A stretch of 63,395 bases of DNA, the filler included, from Folioceros fuciformis (lineage: Eukaryota), in NCBI GenBank assembly GCA_049999805.1. It is 11 parts of 11 records of this genome, joined end to end, with 100 filler letters (N's around TTAATTAATTAA, not from the genome) between each part and the next. Parts side by side here need not be neighbours in the genome. Positions count along the whole stretch, not along the records: positions 37,884 to 41,330 come from JBNGIO010001464.1; positions 41,431 to 52,079 come from JBNGIO010001466.1; 9 more parts are not named here. One strand, given 5' to 3'. The number at the start of each line of letters is the position of its first letter. The first letter of the stretch is position 1. Positions 40,206 through 51,700 of this stretch are shown piece by piece. The notes below the pieces were generated by a model that had not been told where the DNA came from, did no database searches, and saw only the letters and a program-made list of their open reading frames with translations. The position numbers were made by a program, and so were the translations under genes.

Positions 40206-41430
40206 CTATACGATTTTTGAGAAGCTTTTCACATTCCCTCACCTCCTTCTTCTTTTGTCCCATCTCTTCACAACTACGGGTAGAAGGAAGAGTTGTGCAA
40301 TGCCGCTCATGCATATGTAGCCCATCGTGAACGGCGTGTGTAGAAGGAACCTTTTGATGGATGGATAGACCGTATGGAGAGACTTGACTGATCCACATCA
40401 CACTCGTGCAGTGCACCCTTCATTCCTTCCTTTTTCCCCTTGCTGTGTGAAGTATACCGAACATGTTTCGTATGCCTTGCAATCCGGTGATGCTGGAACG
40501 GCGAACCCATTCCACTTGTCTGGGACCAACCAGCATGCCAGAGCTCGTGCAACTCGTAAGAGAGGATATGGGAGATGCGTGTTGCAGTAAGTGAGGAGCG
40601 ACTGAGAGGGTGGGCCAGGGAGGAGAGAGACGCCAGGCGCGGAGGCCGGGTGGTGAAGGAATCACTTGATCCATTCGCGAAGAGCAGCGCCTTGACGTAG
40701 CCGCAATCCATGGCAATCGGCGATGTGCAGCCTCGCGGCTCCAGCTTGCGCCCTTGTCGCCTTGCGAGTCCTAGGGCTGGCAAAGTGGCGATGGCGGGGA
40801 TCCATGTTCCCGGGCCCCAGGCTTGGCTCTCAGGCGCCTGCGTCTCTCTCCTCTCTCTCCACCCCCACCCCGCATGTATGTAGGTACTGTACATACTCCC
40901 GCAACTGCTCCTTCGGCTGACTTCTGCGCCCTGCCCGCGTCCCGTAATGCCGTATCCTCTTCCCCACTCTCGCCCCTGCATTTCAAGGGCAGCGACGTGC
41001 GGCCGCTGCTGTTCGCCGGGAGCTGCTGTCTACGGGACGCGTTCACTGTCGCAGGTTCGTTCTGCTCGCTCAGGCCGTCTGTGTGCCGGGCGTGCCCCCA
41101 TCACACCCTCTGTAGTCTGCACTGTCGCAGTCAGTGCCTTGTTTGTTTTTTTGTTTGTGGGTTCACGTCCTTGTCATGCCCCGCTGTGGACGGAGTGTTG
41201 GAGACTCTGAGCTGTGGGTTTGTCGGCCCGCCCTGGACCGCTGGTTCGGCGAATCGGCCTTCGCCGCCCTCAGCGGCTTGTGATTTAGTGTAGGAATTGA
41301 ATGCGCTCAGGCCCGCTGGGCGCACCAGCGNNNNNNNNNNNNNNNNNNNNNNNNNNNNNNNNNNNNNNNNNNNNTTAATTAATTAANNNNNNNNNNNNNN
41401 NNNNNNNNNNNNNNNNNNNNNNNNNNNNNN

Positions 41431-41613
41431 AGCTGGAGGGGAGCCCTCGAATCCATCATCGAGTCGATCAAGTCCGACCCTCCATCCACAGCAGCAAGGA
41501 ACCCCATCGCTCCTCCGTGGGAACGAAACCCAATGTCTCAACGACAGTGGGATAAGTGTGGCCACTAAAGGTGGAACCCGTCGGCAATCAGTGCCCGGGG
41601 TTTTGCCTCCACA
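41431..41613. mobile_element. High-copy repeat terminus (probable LTR), copy 3
   Basis: Near-identical to 113-295. Confidence 0.75.
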
Positions 41614-42754
41614 TCGGCCATGTTGAACAGCGATGCTATCCCGTCTAGAAAATCTCCTTCTAGTGACTGGTCAATCAGCTCCGAGACAGCATCACGTTCA
41701 CCGGTCTGCAGTCATGGAAGTGAATGGAGAGCCGTCGGCACACCTTCAAGTTCGGTGTTTCTCATTTCTTTGCTCGTGCTGCTACTTCAGGGACACAGTT
41801 TAGCATTGTTAGTTTTTCTTACATGCTCATTCTGCAATGTCACAAGAAGACGCAGATCCAGACTACACAGGTGGACGTCGACTCTGTGCAGATGTTGCTG
41901 CAAGTTATCCAACAGATCTCCTAATTGCTGGAAACGCTTAAAGGCAGATGAAATGAACGTTGCCAAGGTGTCAGCGAGGTCTCGAACTTCGCCAAGTACT
42001 GGTGATGCAGAGAATAGAGGTACATCGACAACAGGGCGTTGTCTCCTTGTGTGCTGGAAAGTGGGATAGGAGGCTCTCTCGTGATGAAACTTTGAAAGCG
42101 CGCACTGGTGGGGTCTCTCTCGCACAATTCTTACAGTCGGATCTCGATGCAGATGGATGGCCGGAGATTCACTGAGCAATGGATGTTGCCCTTGTCTTCC
42201 GGAAGTGTTCCATCTAGGTCGAGGTCGTGACGTCGGTGAAAATCCCGCGAGCGCACGTCCATGGCTTCACAGCGGCACTCCTTGCATCCTCCGAAGGGGG
42301 ATGCTCCTGTCTTTCCAACACTCAGGCACCAACCCTCCACTCGAGCTTCACTCGCCTCCGTAGGTTAACACCTCTCCTCCTCTCCTCGGCATGGCAGCAT
42401 GCGAGAATTCCCTTCTCAGCACTGGCTATCAGATTTGCAAATTCCGGATTGAGGAAATCCCGAAAATAGAGCATTCAGCTAATTGTGTTGGCCAGATTTC
42501 TCATGATCGAAGAAGCTCTGATACCATGTTGTATTTTCGAGGTGCGAGGCAGGAGCGCGAGCGATGCTTACAAACAAGGTGTAGTATATTTTGGAGAGAA
42601 CGAGTTACATGTACAATAACTGTCAACTGTTCCTACCTTCATGTGCGCGCACACGCAGCCACAACCTAAACTAATTAACCATTCGAGTTGCCCTAACGTA
42701 AACCTAACTAGGACTATATACGCATGAGTGTGGGTTGCATTACGCTGCCCAACA
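41614..42754 (-). mobile_element. LTR retrotransposon 5' end (copia-like): LTR 42527..42754, tRNA-iMet PBS 42515..42526, decayed internal region
   Basis: TGTTG...CAACA LTR termini with TGGTATCAGAGC adjacent on the reverse strand. Confidence 0.8.
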
Positions 42755-43563
42755 TCATTGTCGATACAGGGTCCCATTTGGTACGTTGTCCCATTGGGGG
42801 GTACCGCATTACCACTCATGATGGAGTTTGGGATGTCATGTTCTCAATGGCTGGGGAGTGTGGGTTTCTACAGAATGTCATGTTCTCAATGGCTGGGGAG
42901 TGTAGGTTTCTTCTGTAGAAGGAGCGTTCGTATACTTTGCGCAATGAGGTTTCACTTACAGCCGACCTTCTTTTCACTAGGGGGGAACAGGTTTGTGTTG
43001 CTGATTTGGTTGTTATGGATTGCACTAAGAATTCGATTTGCGAGCACTTCATCGTCAACCCCCCTGAATGGGCGGCAGAGGGTTGTGCAAGTGCCGAAGT
43101 CCATAAGTATTCTCCCTTGCAAGACGGACATACTTTCATCCTCCTTGCTCTTGAGACTCATGGGGCTATAAGCAAGCACCTTTCAAGGTTTACTAAGGAG
43201 TGCGCCAAGGTTTATCAGAGCAATAGGAATGGTGTTCTCCCTCTTTCCTTTGTGGTGGCCTTCTTTCGACAACGTGTATCCATTGCTTTACAATAAGCAT
43301 TGACCAATGCGCTTTTTACAACAGCAACAAGTGCAGGTCAAGTGACTTCTTCTACAACGGTGGTAGATAGGCCTTTTGTTATACCACATCATGACATTTT
43401 GGGAATAGTAGATAGTTTTTGAAAATGATATTCGTAGGAGCTAGTAGCCCTTTTTGCCTTTGGCCCTATACTAGCTCCTTCTTGCCTTTGGTCTTACTCG
43501 GGTTGTTCTTCCAATCTGTGGAGTAGAAAGGACTTTCCATCTCTTTTTTAATAATAGAAAATA
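42755..43563 (+). mobile_element. Non-LTR retrotransposon 3' end with restriction-like endonuclease (CRE/R2-group-like), decayed
   Basis: Zinc-knuckle end DTGSHLVRC...THDGV, ADLL..VADLVV, AEVHKY, FILLALETHGA, QRVSIALQ, then a 3' UTR ending aataatagaaaata. Confidence 0.7.
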
Positions 43564-43689
43564 CTTACATGTATAAATATATAGTATATTAAATAATTAA
43601 TATAATATTTAATAGACTGTTAAATAATATTGACTTATCACATTCTTAGGAAGTTGGAAAGGTTTTGAAATACTAACGTTATTTGAATC

Positions 43690-44460
43690 TGAGTCGGAAT
43701 CTTGCACTGACGTAAGGAATTCCGGCGGCATTGGGAGTTAACAGCCATCTCGCAATGGGCTTGAGGGTCTAGCAGGTACTGGAATGTTAGACGAAGACTG
43801 GAGCAACGGGACCTATCTCACGTGTGTCCTGAAACAGATCAACACGGGCATCCATAGCCATGTGCTATTGTATGTTGGCTAGTCTGGAGGTTATCAACTT
43901 CGATCCAACTACCTCCAGGATGACATACCTCAAAGCATCGGCAATCTCACGTTTCTGCAGTAGCAGGTAGTTCTTATGTATGGGAGACCGTTTTTCGACG
44001 AGTGGTGTTCTCCTGAGATCGGCTTCTGCTTCCTACTTTTGTGGCTTAATAAGAGCAGTCACCAGCTCGTACATGGACACGTCCCCGTATTCATCCCTGA
44101 CCTCACGCAATCTGCCCTATTGGATGCCAATATCAAGGTCTTGTCGTCCGGCAGTCTCCATCCGCAGGTTATCTCACGATGCCACGTGCTGCATGACGTC
44201 CTCTGCTTCAATCAAATCTCTGGACTGATCACTTCCCTCGTTTCCAGTAGAAATTGCTCTGCTCTTCATTCATGATATGAAGGCGCCCTGATTCTCTGAG
44301 ATCTTTGGAGTTTGTGCTTCGTTGGCGACTACCTCAGACTTCCAATGAAGCAAGCGTAGGGTAATTTGCTGGTGCTGTTCACGTCAATTTGTCTGGCTGC
44401 TTGCCACTATTGGGCGTGTTTCCTTCCATCCAGGGATACATGTAGCGTGCGATCACCCCA
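43690..44460 (+). pseudogene. Decayed leucine-rich-repeat ectodomain sequence upstream of the kinase ORF
   Basis: Fragments LASLEVIN/RSNYLQDDIPQSIGNLTFLQ* and SGSLHPQVISRC...FNQISGLI, with frameshifts and stops. Confidence 0.6.
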
Positions 44461-44499
44461 GTGGAATGCTTCCTGTCAGCTACTATCTCGAACCGGGAC

Positions 44500-45729
44500 A
44501 TGCAGATGGATCCCACAACGAGCTATCAGGTGCCATACCAAGGACAGGAACCAGTTACGGCTTTCCCTCCTGGTTCAGGCGTCACCGGGATACGTGCGTT
44601 GAGTGCATCAGCCATCGTGGCCATTAGTCTTGTTATCCTTTTGTTTATAGGTGTGGTCTTGGTCGCCGTAATGAGCTTGCGAGAGAAAAAAAGCGGCGGG
44701 AAAACAAGATTTCAGTTGCATCAGAAATCAACACCTGAAGTATCTTCTTCCTTCCATTCAGTCGTAGGCAAATTGGTCCTCTTCAACTTGGATCGTCTTC
44801 CTGACCGCCTCGACGATATGGACGAACGGACTAACACTCTAATTCACAAGGATGGCTTTATCGGTCATGGGCCCCTGGGGGCCACCTACAAAGCCAGTTT
44901 TCAGAGAGGCAAGTTTGTTGTTGTGAAGGAGCTTCAGACCTTAGGCAGAATCAGCACTCAGCGAGAGTTTGAGCACGAAATAAACAGGCTGTGTACGCTG
45001 AAGCATCCTAATTTGGTGCCTCTAGAAGGCTATTACTGGTCATCTTCGATGAAACTTCTTCTGTCAGAGTATATTCCTAATGGCAGTCTTCAACATCACC
45101 TCCATGAAAGGGGCCCATGCGTTCATTTGGGTTGGTCACGAAGATGCGGTATCGCCCTAGGTGTTGCTAAAGCCCTTGCTTATCTGCATTACGGGTGCAG
45201 GCCTCGAGTTCTGCATTGCAACGTCAAAGCTACCAACATCCTGCTAGGAGAGAGCTTTCACCCGTATCTCTCGGACTATGGGCTTCTGAAACTCTTGCCT
45301 CTGACGGGGTTACGCATTTCTGATCAACCGTTTCACACAGCCTTAGGCTATGTGGCTCCTGAGCTTGAGAGGCATCCTACACGGCTGAGCGAGGAATGTG
45401 ATGTTTATGCTTTTGGAGTCTTGCTGATGGAGATGATATCAGGCCAACAGGCTGTCATCCGAAGCGGCACACGGGTGATGCAGCTATCTCATTACATGAG
45501 AATGAGAATCGGGCAAGGCAGGGTTAGAAGATGTGTAGACTCTCAGCTTTTGCAAGAAGATCAAGCGCGCGAAATTTTACGTGTTCTCAAGGTGGCTCTA
45601 TTATGTACAAGGGAGCTGCCTTCCAAGAGGCCTACCATGACACAAGTGGTGGCCATGCTACAGCCAGTTACTGAGTTCGGACCATCTTCATCCACTACAT
45701 CCCTTGATCCCTCTCTTGAAACGTTTTGA
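44500..45729 (+). CDS. LRR-VII (IRK/PXC2/At1g12460-like) transmembrane pseudokinase lacking an ectodomain, 409 aa from first ATG
   Basis: TM LSASAIVAISLVILLFIGVVLVAVM; LRR-VII hallmarks GKLVLF, TLGRI, LEGYYWSSSMKLLLSE; HCNVK in place of HRD, SDYG, ALGYVAPE. ORF is uninterrupted. Confidence 0.8.
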   Translation: MQMDPTTSYQVPYQGQEPVTAFPPGSGVTGIRALSASAIVAISLVILLFIGVVLVAVMSLREKKSGGKTRFQLHQKSTPEVSSSFHSVVGKLVLFNLDRLPDRLDDMDERTNTLIHKDGFIGHGPLGATYKASFQRGKFVVVKELQTLGRISTQREFEHEINRLCTLKHPNLVPLEGYYWSSSMKLLLSEYIPNGSLQHHLHERGPCVHLGWSRRCGIALGVAKALAYLHYGCRPRVLHCNVKATNILLGESFHPYLSDYGLLKLLPLTGLRISDQPFHTALGYVAPELERHPTRLSEECDVYAFGVLLMEMISGQQAVIRSGTRVMQLSHYMRMRIGQGRVRRCVDSQLLQEDQAREILRVLKVALLCTRELPSKRPTMTQVVAMLQPVTEFGPSSSTTSLDPSLETF

Positions 45730-46607
45730 AGGTTTTGAACTGTACTGATGACAATGAGCCAAAGTATGGCACCTTTCTACCTACTAGCCTAAACATTTTG
45801 TTGATAAGCACATCATGTGAGACACTAGGTTGAGTTTGCGCCTGGAAGCCTCGTGATAATCATCCAATCAATCATCGTGTTGCAGTTCCGTTTGATTGAT
45901 TGATTGATGATTGATCAACACGATGATTGATCAACACAATCATTCTGTTGCACACAATCTTCCCAGGAAGAAACGTTGCACTTCTTTGCTGAATGTCAAT
46001 GTAGGTGATTGTCCCACGGTTCTCTGTATCAAGTCTTGCAGGCTCGTCACATGTGCGCTTTACGAAATTGAGCGACGGAAGCTTCCAGCCGATGGACTCT
46101 GGGAAATTTCTCTACCGAGAACTCTGCGTCTTTAGCCTCTGGGGGTGCTGACCAGTTCCCCAACGAAGCTTTCCTTCACCGGCACCCCGAGGTACCCTTT
46201 CCCCACACTTTCTGCGACGAGGAGCCTATCAAACAAATTTCCCATTGGATGGCTTCGTGACGTCGGGGAGCTTCCCAATCCAACTCTTGTTACCCAACAA
46301 GTAGAGTACAAAAGGTGGGCATGGTATGCTATTTATGTAGAACGAGAAATGCTGCCGTCTCGTCGACTGCCACACTGTCGAGACACACCTGCAGCATAAG
46401 TCTAGCCAGATGGTTTTCCCTGGCCCACCCTGCTCGGCAGAATTGCGCGTTAGCAACGACCCAAGTCTTGATACCCTCGTAGAAATGCTGACGGCTCCGG
46501 GACCTCTGTTCACACTAAGCTTCTAAAGTTCGAAAGTCGTTTCTTCGTCGGACATCGATGAGGAACCGGGTTGCTGAGTATCCGTGTCCGCGCAGCTGAC
46601 AGCAACG

Positions 46608-49345
46608 ATGTGGCTCTGGTCGCTTCTGCTGTTGTACTGGCTGCAACTCACGGTCTCTGGGAAGTTTCGTGTGAGTGGTAGCACGCCTGGAGACGTCTTT
46701 CTGGATGAGCTAGAGAGGCAAGTGCTGAGCATCGCAAACCAAGCCGTGATCAATGACGCTATGGCTTGCTGTAGGTGTTGTGGTCCCTTGTTCAACCTTT
46801 CGCGTTTTCTTGTGGCTTCTAGCGATGTCGTTAGTCACCAGGGGACCTTGTGGTTTGTGAGCATGCAGCTCTGGTGGCATCATGTCAATGTTCTCGAGGC
46901 GCCTGTGCGCCTCTGATCGACGATTTCTCGAGCTATGAGTGTGGCTTTCTGCTCAACAACTCCGCCTGCAGTTCCATAAGCAGTCAACCTTGTAATAGCC
47001 ATAGAGTTTTACTGGACACGGCTTTTGTAAGGTTAGTGTACGAAGGAATGGCTCATCTGCTGCCTCTCTTCTACCTAGGTTTCATTATGACGGCTATGAT
47101 CTCTGAGATATTTGTGACGCTGTTCTGCCTTTAGCAGAACGTTCTGGCTAAATGTGGAACATTCTGCTTGCTGGTTGGGGTTGATGCAGGACTCCCTCAA
47201 ATGATACTGATCCTCTGTCAATACAGATGCGGAATTCCATTTGCAGTCAGCGGGTACTGGATCGAACATTTTTGGATGTGTACAATGAGCAAAAGGACCA
47301 GCAATATGTCTTTGCAATTTACTTTGGGTCCTTTGAGGGTTCCTCCCGGATCTATCCAGGACAAGTAAGAGCCCTTGCCAGAATGCTTTATTTATATTCT
47401 GGTACAAGCCTTTACCCTTCTTGATAGGTTTGGGAAAGAACAGACTTCCTGTCATCTCATGGGAAGCCTATCCAACTTGTTCAGGTGACCAACGGCTGTC
47501 GGGGCTATGATCCACGAGTTAGGCCTTGGTACGTTGCAAACCTAGCTCTTCGATTTCTAAGCTTGTGCCCAAGCTTTTACTCAAGCCACCTATATTCTGT
47601 TATGGACCATGTCCAGAATGTCCCGCGTTGAGAACTCTCAAGCTCTGGACTTCATGCGTCAGTTGTCATTGGCCTAAGATATATGAACTGTTGGGGTTTT
47701 CAGGTATAGTGGAGCCATATCAGTGGTCAAAGACATTGTTGTGCTTATCGACAATGGACCTTCCATGGGACAACAATCAAATGTCAGTCAGAAAATACTT
47801 ACTCCTTTCGCTGGTGCTCAGGAAGTCGCTGTGAATCTACTGAACACACTCACTCAATATGATCGTGTAACTGTCATGACAGTTTCCGATTCAACTCTTT
47901 CTTGGACATCAGTAAGACCCATTTGTCCTTAACTGTGAGATAATTATTTTGCTTCTGGTTCCATGTAGTACCTGGCATATGTGGTCATGAAAACTGTGCA
48001 TGTCGTTCTGGGAAGCTTCTTCACTTTTTTCTGCAACGCTGCTCTTGCCCAAACTGATATGTAATGGGGTTGTGGGTGTTCTAGTATACTGTCTTGGATG
48101 ATTACTTGGATACGGAGGATCCTCTGTTCAAGAGCTTGGTTCTATCAGTACAGAATGCCACTGTTGCGAACATGACGTCGTCAAACATCACAGCAGCCTT
48201 GATGGAGACTGTCCCAGTTTTTCACAGTTCCAAGCCTGGGTCTCTGAAGGTACGCTTCATCCTGGCTACTCCATCTTCTGCCGTGAAGTGTGGCCCTCCT
48301 GAACCATGCAAGTTTCCACATGCTGCTGCAGATTATTTTGCTCTTGACAGACGGATCGTCCCCATCGTCTCTAGCAGACTTTCTTCCCGTCGTTGATCAG
48401 CTGCAAAAGAACATGGTTCGATTGTTTATCTACCAACTTGGGAACAAGGATGCAACACTCAGTGCCGTTGCTTGTGAGGTCGAGGGGTACTACGAGGAGC
48501 TAAGCCTACAACAAGTGGAAAATCCTCTCTCTGCTTTGAGATCCTATTACAGCTTCTTGGCTCGATCTCACATCTCAGTATCAAGCAACGTATTCTGGCA
48601 ACCTATATACACAGATTATGACCTTCAGACGGAGATCATAACCGTTGCTGCCTCTGGTATCCCTCGTCCACCTTCTGGATATCCTATTGTTACATCTCTG
48701 CACCTGGCCTCAACTAATCCACCAGCGTGGGACTCTAGAGTTTGACTAACCACGGGGTACATACGTCCTCCGCATGCCAGCTTTATCCGCAGATGGGCAC
48801 CTCATTGGAGTAGCAGGAATCGATGTCCAAATAGCGGGCCTCGACCGAGTCGACCAACAGCTTGTCGAAATCAGCCTTGCAGCAAGGAGCAATGGCTCCT
48901 TTCTGAATACTGAAGCTACCATAAATGAGTGTAGTGTGGTGAGGGCGACACCACCCTCCAGTTCCACACTCTTCCATCAATTTGACGAACACTTTTCCGA
49001 CAACGTGAAATCTTTTGTGTTTTGCAGGCTAAAGCTACTGAACTAGACTGCGGGAATAGTTCCATCGTTGCAATCTGCCCACAAACCGACACAAAGCACA
49101 GCTTCAAGGACCTGGTGTGCTGTGAGGAGTGTGGGGGAATGGCGTTGCGTACTTCCAAGGCTTCTCTTTCTAGAACCGTCATCATCGTCGTCGTTGTGTG
49201 TGCCGTGGCTGCATTTTTAACGGCCCTCAGTATCCTCTTCTGGGCCCGAAGGTCCCTCCTGAAGCTGTCTTCCCTCGGTAAACCCAGCTTTCAGGCAGAC
49301 GTATCATTTCAGCCAACCGCTTCTGATTCCAGCGCCAGGCTTTAG
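46608..49345 (+). CDS. alpha2delta/CACHD1-like VWA + Cache type I membrane protein; join(46608..46770,46869..47031,47190..47364,47485..47528,47704..47911,48085..48249,48332..48656,48781..48938,49028..49345), 572 aa
   Basis: Signal peptide, Cys-rich N-terminus, IYFGSFEG..RIYPG, YDPRVRPWY, VWA (KDIVVLIDNGPSM...IILLLTDG), FWQPIYTD, LIGVAGIDV, C-terminal TM and short tail. All 8 GT-AG introns give one open frame. Confidence 0.85.
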
Positions 49346-49750
49346 TTCCAACTGTGTGTAGGAATGAAGTGTTCCACCTCTTGCATACTTGAACATAAAT
49401 TCAATACTGGGTAGACATTTTACCCGCTGTTCTCCTGAAACTGTCCCAGCCTTGCTGCGCGTCGTGGACTTGCTGAATTTTTGCCACCTTAGCTGGGCTA
49501 TTTGCCACGAAACTAATGTTTATCGTTTTTTTGTCCACTCTTATGAAGAACTTAATTCGTACCAAGTTTGGATACACCCGATAACATCAGTTTTGTTTCC
49601 TATTATCTTTACAAAACTTTGATTTCATACTGATTATACATGGCTGCAAGGGTCCCTATGAGTCGAGGCTGTTCTTGATTTGTGCCAAGCCCCATGAAAA
49701 CGAAGACTATGCCATGCCAACCGTGCTATTTTGTTGAACGACATTTTTCA

Positions 49751-49836
49751 TGAGTGGACGGGAGAGGAGAAGCAAGGAGGGTAGGACTAAGAATGAGTGG
49801 ACGGGAGAGGAGAAGCAAGGAGGGTAGGACTAAGAA
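49751..49836. repeat. 43-bp perfect tandem duplication
   Basis: tgagtggacgggagaggagaagcaaggagggtaggactaagaa twice. Confidence 0.85.
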
Positions 49837-50041
49837 TTGTAAGAGTACCTAAGTATGACACATCTGCACACTACTAGGGCTTTTGTATTTCTTGTACTAT
49901 TCCTATATGGAAGAACAACATCATTGGTGCGGTGATTTCAACAGTTTTTCTCTTCAAGGACAAGATCATGGATGTGGCACTCTCCTTTAAAGTGCACCGC
50001 CTCCTCGTTGTGTTCAGGTTGTTGGTTGAAAGTGTTTCTCG

Positions 50042-50130
50042 CAAGTCAAGTTCTTCAACATATTAGGTACGTGCACAACATCTCCAAGTCAAGTTGTGCA
50101 TGTACCTAATATGTTGAAGACCTTAACTTG
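50042..50130. repeat. Inverted repeat / hairpin with 38-bp arms and 13-nt loop
   Basis: caagtcaagttcttcaacatattaggtacgtgcacaac versus gttgtgcatgtacctaatatgttgaagaccttaacttg (3 mismatches). Confidence 0.85.
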
Positions 50131-50134
50131 GTAT

Positions 50135-50650
50135 GTCCTTTTTAGCTTGACCTTGCTACTCCTCTTGGGGACTTGCTATTCCTCTTGGGTCTTCCTTTTT
50201 AGCTTCGACTTGCTACTTCTCTTGGGTCCATTCAGCATAGTCTTGCTACTCTTCTCAGGTCCTCCTTTTAGTTTGGACTTCTACGTCTCTTGGGGTCGGT
50301 TTAGCATAGTCTTGCTACTCTTCTTGGTCCTCCTTTTAGCTTGGACTTGCTAATCCTCTTGGGGTCCGTTTAGCATAGTCTTGCTACTCTTCTCGGGTCC
50401 TCCTTTAGCTTGGACTTGCTACTCCTCTTGGGGTCCATTTAGTGTAGTCTTGCTACTCTTCTCGGGTCCTCCTTTAGCTTGGACTTGCTACTCCTCTTGG
50501 GGTCCGTTTAGTGTAGTCTTGCAACTCTTCTCGGGTCCTCCTTTTAGCTTGGACTTGCTACTCTTCTCGGGTCCCCCTTTTAGCTTGGACTTCTACTCCT
50601 CTCGAGTCCTCCTTTTAGATTGGACTTGCTACCCCTCTTGGGTCTGTTTA
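50135..50650. repeat. Minisatellite with ~34-35 bp units and a dimeric higher-order pattern
   Basis: Alternating cttgctactcttctcgggtcctcctttagcttgga and cttgctactcctcttggggtccgtttagtgtagt. Confidence 0.85.
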
Positions 50651-51039
50651 ACTTTGTGATTATTTTTCTCTTTTTCTCAAAGTAGATAACATTTTCCATC
50701 TTAGGGCAAAGATGTTTTACGGCATACTTCCATACCCCACATAGTGACCACTCTCTCGTATCTATCTTGTGCTTTTCAATTTATGGTCTTAGTGCCCAAA
50801 TCTACCATCATACCTCGTAAGTTGTTCCGTGTCCAGACAATGTTTAATACTGTATGGTATCCCATAAATGCCGTGTAACGACCTCACAGGTTTGCTGCAA
50901 ACAATGCTACAAAAAAAATTGCTCTGCACGACCATTTCCTTTACTTCACTAGTGTTGGCCGCAAAAATTGCTTGCTCTTTAGTCTACACATGAAATTGCA
51001 TCATCATCTCCAAGCGCATGGTGCTCATCCATGGCTAAC

Positions 51040-51700
51040 CTCAGCTAGAGCATTGTAGAGACATGGGATTGATTAGCCCGTACCATTTGGGACTTGGAAC
51101 AAATGGATGTTTCAACGGCTTTCCTCTATGGGGATCTCGAGGAAGACATATACATGGAACAACCCGAAGGCTTTGTGAACCCTGAGCCTCCTACCTGGGT
51201 CTGCAAGCTTAAGAAGATGTTGTACGGCCTCTAACAGAGCGCACGAGAATGGTACAAGTGTACTGACAAATACTTGAAATCTATTGGGTTCATCCAAATC
51301 CCTGTAGATGCACACGTCTTCATCTACAACAAAGGAGGATACATGGTTATCTTGGCTCTTTATGTCGATGACGCGATCCTGGCATCAAACAATCGGGAGC
51401 TGTTAGACTGGGTAAAAGGGATGCTCCACAAGCGCTATGACATGAATGATATCAGTCCTCTTACCTTTGTTTTAGGTGTGCAGCTCATCTATGACAGGAT
51501 TAATCGTACTCTCATCCTGCACCAGACCAAGTACATTGGTGAGACTCTCCAAAGATTAAATCGAAGTCAGTGAGCACTCCCGGCAGCGTTGGTTTGAAAC
51601 TTACCTCTATGCAGAGCCCTCAAGATGAGGTTGATCGTGAACTTATGAGCATGGCGCCCTATAGGCATGCTGTTGGGTGCCTCAACTGCATTAGTTGCTA
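51040..51700 (+). mobile_element. Ty1/copia reverse transcriptase remnant
   Basis: [45 protein letters not shown]; contains stops. Confidence 0.9.

Noticed and set aside
40307-41330. GC-rich stretch with 224-aa and 156-aa ORFs
   Set aside because: No protein motif or conserved miRNA recognised; probably the UTR or promoter of a gene cut by the contig break.
39162-49345. Apparent cluster of ion-channel auxiliary subunits (Kv-beta and alpha2delta-like)
   Set aside because: The two genes are on different contigs separated by the 41331 spacer, so linkage is unsupported.
50096-50659. Hydrophobic repetitive ORFs resembling membrane proteins
   Set aside because: Translation of a pyrimidine-rich minisatellite.
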